From positions 288,001 to 352,000 of the forward strand of contig CAVZZO010000001.1 of assembly GCA_963779755.1 (NCBI GenBank): DNA of 64,000 nucleotides, read 5' to 3'. Source of the stretch: an uncultured Gemmatimonadales bacterium (GTDB lineage: Bacteria; Gemmatimonadota; Gemmatimonadetes; Gemmatimonadales; GWC2-71-9). Below are positions 1-9,741 of this stretch, in pieces. A program made the position numbers and the translations under genes. Numbering within the stretch: the stretch's first letter is position 1; every line of letters starts with the position of its first letter. Under the pieces are notes generated by a model that was not told the DNA's origin, searched no databases, and saw only the letters and a list, made by a program, of their open reading frames with translations.

Positions 1-1
1 G

Positions 2-94
2 TCGGACGCGCTCGAGGCCATGGCCGCCATGCTGCGCGAGGAAGGCGTACAGGAGGTGGTGGTTCCGAAGCTGGGGCAGAGCTTCGAGCTCTGA
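2..94 (+). CDS. 3' end of a truncated CDS (possibly MBL-fold/beta-CASP hydrolase C-terminus)
   Basis: Open frame SDALEAMAAMLREEGVQEVVVPKLGQSFEL* at window edge; ending resembles beta-CASP family C-termini. Confidence 0.35.
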   Translation, partial: SDALEAMAAMLREEGVQEVVVPKLGQSFEL

Positions 95-138
95 CCCCGC
101 TTGTCAGCGGTTCCCGGGAGGCTAGGTTCACTGTCCCG

Positions 139-729
139 ATGCGGTTCTCGATTCGTCGCCTGCTGCTCGCGCTCCTGCTCCTCGGCGCCCTGGCCTATCT
201 GGTCGCCTTCATTGCCGTGGTGGTGGTGAGCCGGCAGGACCAGCGCCGGCCCGCCGATGCCATCGTGGTCCTCGGTGCCGCCCAGTACAACGGCCACCCC
301 TCCCCGGTCCTGCGCGCCCGGCTGGACCACGCCCGCCTGCTCTACCGGCAGGGCCTGGCCCCGCTCATTATCGTGACCGGCGGCATCGGCACCGGCGACC
401 GCGAAAGCGAGGCGACCGTCGGCCGCCGCTATCTGGTGGGCCAGGGCGTCCCCGATTCGGCGATCGCGGTACGCCCCGAAGGGCGTTCCACCGAAGCGTC
501 CATGCATTCGGTGGCCGCCTATCTTCGCGATCGCGACCTGAGCCCCGTCCTGCTGGTCAGCGATCCCTTCCACATGCTGCGCCTGCGGCTCGAAGCACGT
601 AGCGAACGCCTCGACGCCTACACCTCTCCCACCCGCACCAGTCCCATTTCCGAAAGCCACCGGCTCGAGCTGGGCTACCTGGCGGCCGAAGCGCTCAAGA
701 CCCCGGTGGCCTGGATCCGGAGCTGGTAG
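139..729 (+). CDS. YdcF/DUF218 family membrane-anchored protein
   Basis: N-terminal TM; DAIVVLGA, RARLD, IIVTGG, SEA, E-GRST, LVSDPFHMLR motifs. Confidence 0.9.
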   Translation: MRFSIRRLLLALLLLGALAYLVAFIAVVVVSRQDQRRPADAIVVLGAAQYNGHPSPVLRARLDHARLLYRQGLAPLIIVTGGIGTGDRESEATVGRRYLVGQGVPDSAIAVRPEGRSTEASMHSVAAYLRDRDLSPVLLVSDPFHMLRLRLEARSERLDAYTSPTRTSPISESHRLELGYLAAEALKTPVAWIRSW

Positions 730-745
730 TAACCCGGACCGCCCC

Positions 746-1282
746 ATGACTCTCGTCGCTTCCCGGCGCGTCTATACCGGCCGCGTCCTCAATCTGGATC
801 TCGACACGGTGCGCTTCCCCGACGGCTCCAGCGGAGAGTTGGAGATGATCCGGCATTCCGGCGCGGCCGCCGTGCTGCCGCTGCTCGCCGGCCTCGACAG
901 CTCGGATCCACCGGTGGTGCTGCTGCGCCAGTTCCGCCACGCGGCCGACGGATACGTCTGGGAGATCCCCGCCGGACGCCTGGAACCCGGGGAAGCGCCC
1001 CAGGCCTGCGCCCGCCGCGAGCTGGAAGAGGAAGCCGGCTTCCAGGCCGCTACGCTCACCCCTCTGACATGGATCTACACCACACCAGGATTCACCGACG
1101 AGCGCATCCACCTCTTCGCCGCCACCGGCCTCTCCCCTACCCCGCATCGGCGCGATCCGGATGAGTTCATGGAGGTTCACACCCTGCCCTGGAGCGAGGT
1201 GCTGGAACTCGCGCGGAAGGGAGAGATCCGGGACGGCAAGACTCTGACTGCCATCCTCTTTGTAGAAAGTTTTATGCGCTAA
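746..1282 (+). CDS. NUDIX hydrolase (ADP-ribose pyrophosphatase-like)
   Basis: Nudix box GRLEPGEAPQACARRELEEEAG; QFRHA and DGKT motifs. Confidence 0.9.
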   Translation: MTLVASRRVYTGRVLNLDLDTVRFPDGSSGELEMIRHSGAAAVLPLLAGLDSSDPPVVLLRQFRHAADGYVWEIPAGRLEPGEAPQACARRELEEEAGFQAATLTPLTWIYTTPGFTDERIHLFAATGLSPTPHRRDPDEFMEVHTLPWSEVLELARKGEIRDGKTLTAILFVESFMR

Positions 1283-1406
1283 CATTGCACATTTCGGTGA
1301 CTCCGATGTAGCTTGTCTATCCCGCGCTGCGGCTCCGCCCGCCCATTCTGGGTCAAGCCGAGGCGCCTGTACAAGGCTCTCACTCGTCTCTGGACGGAGG
1401 TTCGCA

Positions 1407-2030
1407 ATGACCGGCTTTTCGACCCGCCCGGTAATGCGGCGATCCGTCCCCGGGGGCGAGGCAAGGGGTGAGGCGGAGCTCGTGGCCGCGCACCTGGCCG
1501 GCGACCCTGCTGCCTTCCCTGCCCTGGCAACCCGCTATCGCCGCCGCCTGCTTCACTTCGTGCACCGGATGATCCACGACCGCGAACGGGCGGAGGACCT
1601 GGTTCAGGAAGCCCTGGTGCGGATGCACCGGCACCTCCATCGCTTCGACCCCAGCCGCAAATTCACCACCTGGGTCTATACCATCGCCTCGAATCTCGCC
1701 AAGAATGAGCTGCGAAACCGGGCGCGTAATCCGCTGGTCTTCCCCGAGTCGGCCACCGCGGCCGGGGAGACGCCCCGCAGCCTGCAACTGGAGGATCCGT
1801 CGTCCCGACCCGATCGGGTGTATCAGCGTCGCTATCTGCGGGAAGCGGTCGAGCGGTGCATTGCGGGGCTTCCCGAACACCACCGGGAAGTATTCGTCCT
1901 GCGGGAAATGGAGGGACGGAGCTATGAGGACATTGCGGACATCACTGGTTGCCGGCTCGGTACCGTGAAGAGCCGGCTGAACCGCGCGCGTCAGGCGTTC
2001 GCGACGGCGGTGGCGCCGTATCTCGATTGA
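1407..2030 (+). CDS. ECF-type RNA polymerase sigma-70 factor
   Basis: Region 2 (AEDLVQEA, FTTWVYTIASN) and region 4 (LREMEGRSYEDIADI...GTVKSRLNRAR); GGAGG RBS. Confidence 0.92.
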   Translation: MTGFSTRPVMRRSVPGGEARGEAELVAAHLAGDPAAFPALATRYRRRLLHFVHRMIHDRERAEDLVQEALVRMHRHLHRFDPSRKFTTWVYTIASNLAKNELRNRARNPLVFPESATAAGETPRSLQLEDPSSRPDRVYQRRYLREAVERCIAGLPEHHREVFVLREMEGRSYEDIADITGCRLGTVKSRLNRARQAFATAVAPYLD

Positions 2031-2039
2031 TGCCGGGCG

Positions 2040-2807
2040 TCAGGCCACCTCGGCGACCGCCGCCATCAACCGCTCCAGCGCGCCCGGAAGCAGGGTGTCC
2101 ATCCCAGCCGCGGTGGCCGGATCGAGCCCCCAGCCGAAGCCCTGCACACCCAGGGTGCGGAGGCCGCCGGCCCCGGTAAACGCCCGCAGCTCGAGCACGC
2201 CGCTGATATCGTCCCAGGTCGTGGAGATCTCCCGGCCGGTATCGGCCAGGACCTCGCCCGACATCCGCCGGCCATCCCACAACACCAGGTCCGAATACCC
2301 GCCCGGTACTCCCATGCTGCCCTGCTGCACCAGCCAGCGGGACAGTTCCGGTGCCTGCCGGAAGAAAGGATGCAGCCGCTCGAAGGTGAACCGCGCCGTC
2401 CGGAAGCACTGAAACCGCCGAGGTGACTCGCCAAAGTGACCTTCCAGATACACGCGCAGCGCCGCCAGGGCCAGAATCCATCCGGAGCGCACCCCCTCGA
2501 CTTCATCCTGCCGCTGCGGCTCCACCGGCAAGCCGCCTTGAGCCAGCTGGATCCGGGTCCCCCGCCCCGCCGGGCTCAGGTGCACGTCGATCTCTCCCGG
2601 CTCCGGCGTGCTCACCCCCAGCACCAGCCGGTCGAATGGCGTAGCCTCGATGGTGTGCCAGCCGGGGCCCCCACCCGGGGGATCCATCAGCCATTGCCGC
2701 TGCAGCTCCGGCTCGGTCCAGGCGCGCCAGGCCTGTTCGATCGGAGCACGGGCAGTCACTTCCGCCTGAATGGTGCGCCGGGTCGTGACGTCGAGGCGGC
2801 CCTTCAT
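2040..2807 (-). CDS. SRPBCC/AHSA1-like (START fold) protein, probably two domains
   Basis: APIEQAWRAWTEPELQRQW and GW...L..YLE motifs; overlaps upstream HTH gene by 4 nt. Confidence 0.75.
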   Translation of the reverse strand: MKGRLDVTTRRTIQAEVTARAPIEQAWRAWTEPELQRQWLMDPPGGGPGWHTIEATPFDRLVLGVSTPEPGEIDVHLSPAGRGTRIQLAQGGLPVEPQRQDEVEGVRSGWILALAALRVYLEGHFGESPRRFQCFRTARFTFERLHPFFRQAPELSRWLVQQGSMGVPGGYSDLVLWDGRRMSGEVLADTGREISTTWDDISGVLELRAFTGAGGLRTLGVQGFGWGLDPATAAGMDTLLPGALERLMAAVAEVA

Positions 2808-3403
2808 GAGTTGTCTCCTCCGGTAGCGGGGGGCGGTCCGGGATCGGCGGGGTACAACGCCAGGATCAGGTTCCAGCGCTCCAGCACCGGACCGGAACCG
2901 GGGGCGGTCGTATGCTTCCGCACCGCAGCCACAATGGCCGCGCCCAGATCCCGCCGGAAGGCGTCACACGCTGCGGCCCTCGCAAAGGCGAGACGCGAGA
3001 GCTGCACATAGGAGGTGCGGCCCTCGGGCAGGCCGGCCAACTCGGCCTGGGCTCGCAGCATCGCGGAACTGGTCGCGGCGACGGTCGCGGAAGTCTCCCG
3101 GGCCTGCGCACCGGAGAGAGGTCCGAGCAGCGACGGGTGCAGGGCATAGCTCCGGGCGCTGGCCTGATAACGCCGCTCCACCAGGTTCCGTCTGCGCCGG
3201 GTGCCGGCGGGCCGGAGGAAGCCCGCCGCCGCCAACGCGCTCACATGATAGTTCACCTTCTGGCGGGAAAGCCCCAGTTTCCGGCCCAGCTCGCTGGCGG
3301 AGACCGGTTGGCGGGCGAGGCTCAGGATGCGGAGCCGCAGCGGCTGGAGCAGCACTACCGCCCGTCGCAGCTCGACGATGTGTTCCAGAGGAGATATCTC
3401 CAT
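2804..3403 (-). CDS. ArsR/HTH_20 winged-helix transcriptional regulator
   Basis: PLRLRILSL, SASELGRKLGLSRQKVNYHVSALAAAG. Confidence 0.85.
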   Translation of the reverse strand: MEISPLEHIVELRRAVVLLQPLRLRILSLARQPVSASELGRKLGLSRQKVNYHVSALAAAGFLRPAGTRRRRNLVERRYQASARSYALHPSLLGPLSGAQARETSATVAATSSAMLRAQAELAGLPEGRTSYVQLSRLAFARAAACDAFRRDLGAAIVAAVRKHTTAPGSGPVLERWNLILALYPADPGPPPATGGDNS

Positions 3404-3440
3404 TGACAGACTATTCTGTCTGGAAAAATAATTCTGTCAA
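3403..3440. promoter_or_regulatory. Nested inverted-repeat operator/promoter of the HTH-SRPBCC operon
   Basis: TTGACAGA(3403-3410)...TCTGTCAA(3433-3440) plus inner GACAGA-N4-TCTGTC (3405-3420); TTGACA on the minus strand. Confidence 0.7.
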
Positions 3441-3490
3441 TAGACGACCCCGCGCTTTCACCGCCGTCACCGACACGATAGGTTTGTCGG

Positions 3491-4543
3491 ATGCCCGCCC
3501 ATTCCTTTGATGACCTGCAGCGAGCGCTCAAAACCGGAGCTCTGAAGCCGGTCTACTACTTCCATGGGCCGGAAGAGGTGCTCAAGGGCGAGATGGTCCA
3601 GCAGATTATCGGCATCCTGCTCGACCCCTCACTGCGGGATTTCAATCTCGACCAGCGCTCCGCGGCCGGCATGGATCCCGAAGCGCTGCACTCCCTGCTC
3701 AACACCCTGCCCATGATGGCCGACCGGCGCCTGGTCATCCTGGCCGAGATAGACCAGATTCGCCGCAAGCCGAAAACCCGTGCCGTTCTCGAGCGTTATC
3801 TCCAGCAGCCGGCGCAGCAGACCGTCCTGGTACTGGTCCAGCCGGGGGACGCCAAGCCCGATGCCGACATGGTCCGCTCCGCCTGGGCGGTGGAGTTCGC
3901 CCCGCTCCCGCCGGCGCGCGCGCTCCGCTGGCTGGCGCTGCAGGCGGAGCGGCGGTCGCTCGAACTGGAGCCCGGGGCGGCGGAGCATCTGCTGGACGTC
4001 ACCGGCAACGACCTCGCGGCGCTTACCTCGGAGCTGGACAAGCTGGCCGCGCTCGACCGCAGCGGGCCGCTGACGCTCGAGGACGTCGGCCGTCTGCTCG
4101 GCGTCCGTCATGGCGAGACCCTGCAGGATTGGCGTGACGCCATCTTCGACGGCCGGGCCGCCCAGGCGGCGGCCATGATCGGGGCGCTGCTGCAGCAGTC
4201 CGGCATGAGCGGCGTCAGGATGGTGAGCATGGTCGGAACCACGCTGGTGGGCGTAGGACTGGCGCGCGCGCATTTCGACCGCGGTACCCGGGGCCGGGCG
4301 CTGCAGGCGGCGCTTTTCGCCACCCTGCGCCGGCTGCGGCCGTTCGGCCTGCCCCAATGGGGGCCGGAAACTACCCGCTGGAGCAAATGGGCGGAGAGCT
4401 GGCCCGCCCTCCGGATTGCGCGCGCGGTGAGCGATGCCCTGGCCGCCGACCGCCGGCTCAAGGCCACCAGAATTTCCGACGAGCGCGGAGTACTGACGGA
4501 TCTCGTCTTCCGGTTGAGCGCACGAGTGAAGGAGGCAGCATGA
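3491..4543 (+). CDS. holA: DNA polymerase III subunit delta
   Basis: PVYYFHGPE, LNTLPMMADRRLVIL, ELDKLA, DRRLKA motifs. Confidence 0.9.
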   Translation: MPAHSFDDLQRALKTGALKPVYYFHGPEEVLKGEMVQQIIGILLDPSLRDFNLDQRSAAGMDPEALHSLLNTLPMMADRRLVILAEIDQIRRKPKTRAVLERYLQQPAQQTVLVLVQPGDAKPDADMVRSAWAVEFAPLPPARALRWLALQAERRSLELEPGAAEHLLDVTGNDLAALTSELDKLAALDRSGPLTLEDVGRLLGVRHGETLQDWRDAIFDGRAAQAAAMIGALLQQSGMSGVRMVSMVGTTLVGVGLARAHFDRGTRGRALQAALFATLRRLRPFGLPQWGPETTRWSKWAESWPALRIARAVSDALAADRRLKATRISDERGVLTDLVFRLSARVKEAA

Positions 4544-5376
4544 TGCGGGACGGTCGGGTGACCTGGGCTGGTATGGTACTGGCGCTTGCATTGGTGCTGT
4601 TGTCGGCGACGGGATCACGGCTCCAGGCACAGGAGGACAGCCGCCTGGTGGCGGCGGTGCGCCTGGCGCAGGACGGCCAGGGCGATTCCGCCCGTGCCCT
4701 GGTGCGACAGCTCCTGACCACGACCCCGGCCGCCGACACGCTTTATCCTCAGATCGTCTATACCATGGGGCTGGTGGCGCGGGACGCCGATGAGCGGAAC
4801 CGCGACTTCCGCCGGGTCACCGTCGAGTTCGCCAGCTCCTCCTGGGCCGACGATGCGCTGCTCGGGCTGGCCTGGAGCGAATTCGCCGCGGGCAATGCCG
4901 TGGGCGCCGCGCGCGACCTCGAGCGGCTCAGTGCTGATTACCCCCTGAGTCCATTGCTGCCTACCGCGGCCTATTGGGCGGCCCGGAGCTACTTCGAATT
5001 GAACCAGCCCGATACCGCCTGCGCCTGGCTGGCCCGGGGCCTGAGCGGGGCGGGGAATGATGTCGAGTTGAAGAACCGGCTCGACTTCTACGCCCCGCGC
5101 TGTGCGCCCGGCGCCTCGGCGGGCGGCGCCGCCGCTCCCGGTGCCCCCGCGACGGGCGGGTTCAGCGTGCAGGTCGCGGCGGTGGGTACCCAGACTGCCG
5201 CCGCCACCCTCCTGGCCTCGCTGAAACAGGCCGGCTACCAGGGGCGAATCGTCCACGAGTCCGGCCTGTACAAGGTGCGGACTACCGTCTTTCCCGATCG
5301 GGACAAGGCGCAGGCCGCCCAGGCCCGTATCCGGCAGCAGCTGGGCGGTGCGCCCTTCCTGGTCGAAGAGCCGTGA
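4540..5376 (+). CDS. Exported TPR + C-terminal SPOR domain protein
   Basis: Signal peptide, TPR-like helices (YPLSPLLPTAAYW), SPOR motif FSVQVAAV...LYKVR; ATGA overlap with holA. Confidence 0.8.
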   Translation: MMRDGRVTWAGMVLALALVLLSATGSRLQAQEDSRLVAAVRLAQDGQGDSARALVRQLLTTTPAADTLYPQIVYTMGLVARDADERNRDFRRVTVEFASSSWADDALLGLAWSEFAAGNAVGAARDLERLSADYPLSPLLPTAAYWAARSYFELNQPDTACAWLARGLSGAGNDVELKNRLDFYAPRCAPGASAGGAAAPGAPATGGFSVQVAAVGTQTAAATLLASLKQAGYQGRIVHESGLYKVRTTVFPDRDKAQAAQARIRQQLGGAPFLVEEP

Positions 5377-7961
5377 CGGCTCGCGCCACCGAGCCGGCCG
5401 GCACGCCCCTGCTGCAGCAGTACCGCGAGATCAAATCGCGGCACCGCGATGCCATCCTGTTCTTCCGGATGGGCGATTTCTACGAGATGTTCTTCGACGA
5501 CGCCGAAATCGCCTCTCGCGACCTCAAGATCACCCTCACCTCCAGGGGCGACGGGGTGCCGCTCGCCGGGGTACCGGTCAAGGCGGCGGCCGACTATCTG
5601 CGCCAGCTGCTGGCCCAGGGCCACCGGGTAGCCATCTGTGAACAGGTCGAGGATCCGCGTCTGGCGCGCGGCATCGTCAAACGGGAGGTCGTGGAGACTC
5701 TCACCCCCGGAGCGCTGCTGGAGGACGCCTTCCTCGCCGGCAGCAGGAACAACTACCTGGCCGCCATGGCGCCGCTGGGCGACCGCATCGGGCTCGCCGT
5801 TGCCGACCTCAGCACCGGCGAATTCGTGCTGGAGAGTCTCGATCCCGCCGACCAGGGCGAGGCCCTGACCCGGTTCGCTCCTGCCGAGCTGGTGCTGCCG
5901 CAGGGCTTCGAGCCGCCGGCCGACTGCGTGGCGTTGCGCACCCCGCGCGAGAGATGGGAGTTCGATCCAGGCCAGGCGGAAGCCGATCTGCGCGAACGCT
6001 TCGGACTTGCCAGTCTGGACGGCCTCGGGCTGGGCCCGGATGATCAGGCGGCGCTGGGGGCCGCGGGGGCGTTGCTGCGGTATCTCTCCGAATTGCAGCC
6101 GGCCGGCATTCCGCATCTCAACCGGCCGGTGCTGCGGCGGGCCGAAGGGCACCTCTGGCTGGACGAGATGACCCGCCGGAACCTCGAGCTGGTAGAACCG
6201 TTGCGCGCCGGAACCCGGGGGGCCACGCTGCTGGAAACCCTGGATCACACCGTTACCCCCATGGGCGCCCGGCTGCTGCGCCGCTGGGTGATGTCGCCCC
6301 TGTGCGACGCGGCGGCGATCCGCTTCCGGCTCGATGCCGTGGAGGTCCTGGCGGGCGACGGCCCCGGCCGCGAGCGCCTGCGCGAAGCCCTGGCGGGTGT
6401 CCGCGATCTCGAGCGCCTGGCCGGCCGCGCGGCGGCGGGGCGGGCGAACCCCCGGGAGTTGGGCGGCCTGCGCGACTCCCTCCAGCGCCTCCCCGACGTG
6501 CTGGAGGCCCTCTCCGGCCTGCGCGTCGGCGAACGCAGCGAGGCGCTGGCCGGCGCCATCGATTCCTTTGACCTCCATGCCGAGCTGGCGAGCCTGCTCG
6601 GCGCCGCTCTCGCCGACCGGCTGCCGGCCACGCTGAGTGAGGGCGAGGTGATCCGGCCGGGCTACGACGGAGAGCTGGACGAGCTCCGCGGCCTGCGCGA
6701 GGGCGGCAAGCAGTACATTGCCGCGCTGCAGCAACGGGAGCGCGACCGCACCGGCATTCCCAGCCTCAAGGTGGGGTACAACAAGGTCTTCGGGTATTAC
6801 CTCGAGGTGACTCACGCGCACAGCGCCCGGGTGCCCGCGGAGTACGAGCGGCGGCAGACCCTGGCCAACGCCGAGCGCTACGTCACGCCGGAGCTGAAGG
6901 AGTACGAGGCCAAGGTACTGGGGGCCGAAGATCGCATCGGGACCCGCGAGGCGGAGCTGTTCCAGGCGCTGCGGCAACGGGCCGGCGGCGTCGCGGCGGC
7001 CCTGCAGCAGAGCGGGCGGACGCTGGCCCGTCTGGATGTCTGGTCATCCCTGGCGGAGGTGGCGGTGGGCCAGGCCTACGTGCGGCCCGAGGTGGACGGC
7101 GAGTTCGGGCTGCGCCTGCGCGCCGGCCGGCACCCGGTGATTGAACGGCTCATGCCCCGCGAGTCGTTCATCCCCAACGACGTGCTCTTCGAGGCCGGGG
7201 CGCGTGTCCTGCTGGTAACGGGCCCCAACATGGCCGGTAAGTCCACCATCCTGCGGCAGATCGGCCTCTGCGTGGTGCTGGCCCAGATGGGCTCGTTCGT
7301 GCCCGCGGCCGAGGCCCGGATCGGCCTGGTGGATCGTCTCTTCACCCGGGTCGGGGCCAGCGACAACCTGGCGCGGGGTCAGTCCACCTTCATGGTGGAA
7401 ATGAGCGAGACCAGCGCGATCCTGCACAACGCTACCGCCCGCAGCCTGGTACTGCTCGATGAGATCGGCCGGGGCACCTCCACCTATGACGGCGTGGCGA
7501 TCGCCTGGGCGGTCACCGAACACCTGCACGACCGCGTAGGCTGCAAGACCATGTTCGCCACCCATTACCACGAGCTCATGCAGCTGCCCGAACGGCTGCA
7601 GCACGCGCGCAACCTGAACGTCGCGGTGCGCGAGCAGGAGGGCAGGGTGGTGTTCCTGCACCGGCTGGAACCCGGGGGGACCGATCAGTCGTATGGCATT
7701 CACGTGGCGCAGCTGGCCGGGTTGCCCGACGGCGTGCTGGCCCGGGCCCGGGAGGTGCTCCACACGCTGGAAGGCGATCACCGGGTCCTGCCGGGCCCGC
7801 CGCCGGTGATCGACCCGGCCCAGCTGCAGCTCTTCCGCCCGCCGGCCGATCCCGATCCCATGCTGGAAGAGCTGCGGGCAATCGACGTGAACTCTCTCAC
7901 TCCGCTGGAGGCGCTCAACCGCCTGGCTGAGCTCACCCGGCGCGCCGGAAAGCGCCCATGA
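5373..7961 (+). CDS. mutS: DNA mismatch repair protein MutS
   Basis: TPLLQQY, FFRMGDFYEMF, TGPNMAGKST, STFMVEM, DEIGRGTST, ATHYHEL; C-terminal clamp motif QLQLF. Confidence 0.98.
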   Translation: MTARATEPAGTPLLQQYREIKSRHRDAILFFRMGDFYEMFFDDAEIASRDLKITLTSRGDGVPLAGVPVKAAADYLRQLLAQGHRVAICEQVEDPRLARGIVKREVVETLTPGALLEDAFLAGSRNNYLAAMAPLGDRIGLAVADLSTGEFVLESLDPADQGEALTRFAPAELVLPQGFEPPADCVALRTPRERWEFDPGQAEADLRERFGLASLDGLGLGPDDQAALGAAGALLRYLSELQPAGIPHLNRPVLRRAEGHLWLDEMTRRNLELVEPLRAGTRGATLLETLDHTVTPMGARLLRRWVMSPLCDAAAIRFRLDAVEVLAGDGPGRERLREALAGVRDLERLAGRAAAGRANPRELGGLRDSLQRLPDVLEALSGLRVGERSEALAGAIDSFDLHAELASLLGAALADRLPATLSEGEVIRPGYDGELDELRGLREGGKQYIAALQQRERDRTGIPSLKVGYNKVFGYYLEVTHAHSARVPAEYERRQTLANAERYVTPELKEYEAKVLGAEDRIGTREAELFQALRQRAGGVAAALQQSGRTLARLDVWSSLAEVAVGQAYVRPEVDGEFGLRLRAGRHPVIERLMPRESFIPNDVLFEAGARVLLVTGPNMAGKSTILRQIGLCVVLAQMGSFVPAAEARIGLVDRLFTRVGASDNLARGQSTFMVEMSETSAILHNATARSLVLLDEIGRGTSTYDGVAIAWAVTEHLHDRVGCKTMFATHYHELMQLPERLQHARNLNVAVREQEGRVVFLHRLEPGGTDQSYGIHVAQLAGLPDGVLARAREVLHTLEGDHRVLPGPPPVIDPAQLQLFRPPADPDPMLEELRAIDVNSLTPLEALNRLAELTRRAGKRP

Positions 7962-8356
7962 CCCGACGCTGGCTCTGTCTCCTGCTCCTGCTGCCGGCCT
8001 GTGACGGCCGGGCCGATCGCGATGCGGTCTCGGCACGCCCGCCCGACGGCCCGGACAACGCGCCGCCGGTGGCCCTCAACGCCGATAACCCGGTGACCTA
8101 TCCGCCCGACCTCTACGCCCGCGGCGTGGAGGGCGAAGTGAGGCTCCAGCTCTATGTCGACAGTTCGGGGACGGTGGTGCCGGACAGCACGCGCGTCGCG
8201 CAATCCAGCGGCTATCCCGCCCTTGATTCGGCCGCGGTGGCCGATGCCCCCCGGCTGCGGTTTTCGCCGGCGCTGCGGAACGGCAGGCCGGTGGCGGCCA
8301 CCTTCTTGCAACCCATACGCTTTCACCACCCCCAACGGGGAGGAAGCACTCCGTGA
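7958..8356 (+). CDS. TonB C-terminal domain lipoprotein
   Basis: Lipobox LLPAC; YP..GVEGEVRL, SSGYPALDSAA, RFSPALRNGRPV. Confidence 0.85.
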   Translation: MTRRWLCLLLLLPACDGRADRDAVSARPPDGPDNAPPVALNADNPVTYPPDLYARGVEGEVRLQLYVDSSGTVVPDSTRVAQSSGYPALDSAAVADAPRLRFSPALRNGRPVAATFLQPIRFHHPQRGGSTP

Positions 8357-9741
8357 GCCCACAGCACCTCGCACCCTATGACTCGGTGCTGGACACCATC
8401 GGGTGGACGCCGCTCATCCGCCTCAACCGGGTGACCGCCGGCCTGCGCACCCCGGTCTACGGCAAGGCGGAATACACCAATCCTGGAGCCTCGGTCAAGG
8501 ACCGGATCGGGCTCCGCATCATCGAAGCCGCCGAGCGCGCGGGGGAGCTGCGGCCCGGCGGCACGGTGGTGGAGGGAACCTCGGGGAATACCGGCGTCGG
8601 CCTGGCGATTGCCGCCGCCATCAAGGGCTACCGCTGCATCTTCACCCTGCCCGACAAGATGTCGCAGGAGAAGGTCCGGCTGCTCAAGGCCTATGGCGCC
8701 GAGGTCGTCGTGGTACCCACCGCGGTGCCGCCCGATCATCCGGACAACTACGTGATGAAGGCCAAACAGATCGTCAAGGACACCCCGGGCGCGGTGTTCG
8801 CCAACCAGTTCTACAACCAGCACAACCCGGAGGCGCATTACGCCACGACCGGCCCCGAAATCTGGGAACAGACCGGCGGCCGGGTGACGCATCTGGTGGC
8901 CGGCGCCGGCACCGGCGGCACGGTGAGCGGGGCAGGGAAGTACCTGAAGGAACAGAACCCCGCCATTCGCGTCATCGCCGGCGACCCGGTCGGCAGTCTC
9001 TACACCGGATACGCGCAGACCCAGACCCTGGGCGAGGGCCATCCGTACAAGGTCGAGGGCATCGGTGGCGACAAGGTCCCCAGCACCATCTGGTTCGATC
9101 AGATCGACGAGTTCCGCCAAGTTCCCGACCGCGACGCCCTGGTGATGGCGCGCCGGCTGGCGCGCGAGGAAGGATTGCTGGTGGGGGGCAGCAGCGGCCT
9201 CAACGTGGTGCTCGCGCTGCAGTTGGCGCAGGAAGCGAACGATGCCGACGCCCTGGTCGTCACCTTCTTCTGCGACACCGGCGAGCGCTACCTCTCGAAA
9301 ATCTTCAATGACGAGTGGATGCGGGAAAACCAGATGCTCGAGGCGCCCCGCACCACCGTGCTGGACCTGATCGGGGCGCGCACCAGCAAGGCCCCTGCGC
9401 TGGTGAGCGTCGCTCCCGCCTCGGCGGTGCGGCAGGCGCTCAACCTGATGCACACCTGGGAAGTCAGCCAGATCCCCGTCATGGACGGCGAGCGTTGCGT
9501 CGGCGGGCTGATCGAAGGAAACCTGATGCTCCACGCCCTGGAGCAGCCGGCCCTGCTGGAGCGCCCGGTGCGCGAGGTGATGGAACCCGCCTTCCCCGTG
9601 CTGGAAGCCGACACGCCGGCGGAACACCTGGGGCCGCTCCTCAGCCGGGAGACGCCGGCCGCTCTGGTCCGGCAGAACGGTAAAGTGGTGGGGATCGTGA
9701 GCCGGTACGACCTGCTGCAGGAACTGATCGCCAGCCGATGA
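8353..9741 (+). CDS. Cystathionine beta-synthase (PLP enzyme with CBS domains)
   Basis: NPGASVKDR, TSGNTG, GTGGT, CDTGERYLSK, C-terminal CBS pair. Confidence 0.9.
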   Translation: MSPQHLAPYDSVLDTIGWTPLIRLNRVTAGLRTPVYGKAEYTNPGASVKDRIGLRIIEAAERAGELRPGGTVVEGTSGNTGVGLAIAAAIKGYRCIFTLPDKMSQEKVRLLKAYGAEVVVVPTAVPPDHPDNYVMKAKQIVKDTPGAVFANQFYNQHNPEAHYATTGPEIWEQTGGRVTHLVAGAGTGGTVSGAGKYLKEQNPAIRVIAGDPVGSLYTGYAQTQTLGEGHPYKVEGIGGDKVPSTIWFDQIDEFRQVPDRDALVMARRLAREEGLLVGGSSGLNVVLALQLAQEANDADALVVTFFCDTGERYLSKIFNDEWMRENQMLEAPRTTVLDLIGARTSKAPALVSVAPASAVRQALNLMHTWEVSQIPVMDGERCVGGLIEGNLMLHALEQPALLERPVREVMEPAFPVLEADTPAEHLGPLLSRETPAALVRQNGKVVGIVSRYDLLQELIASR

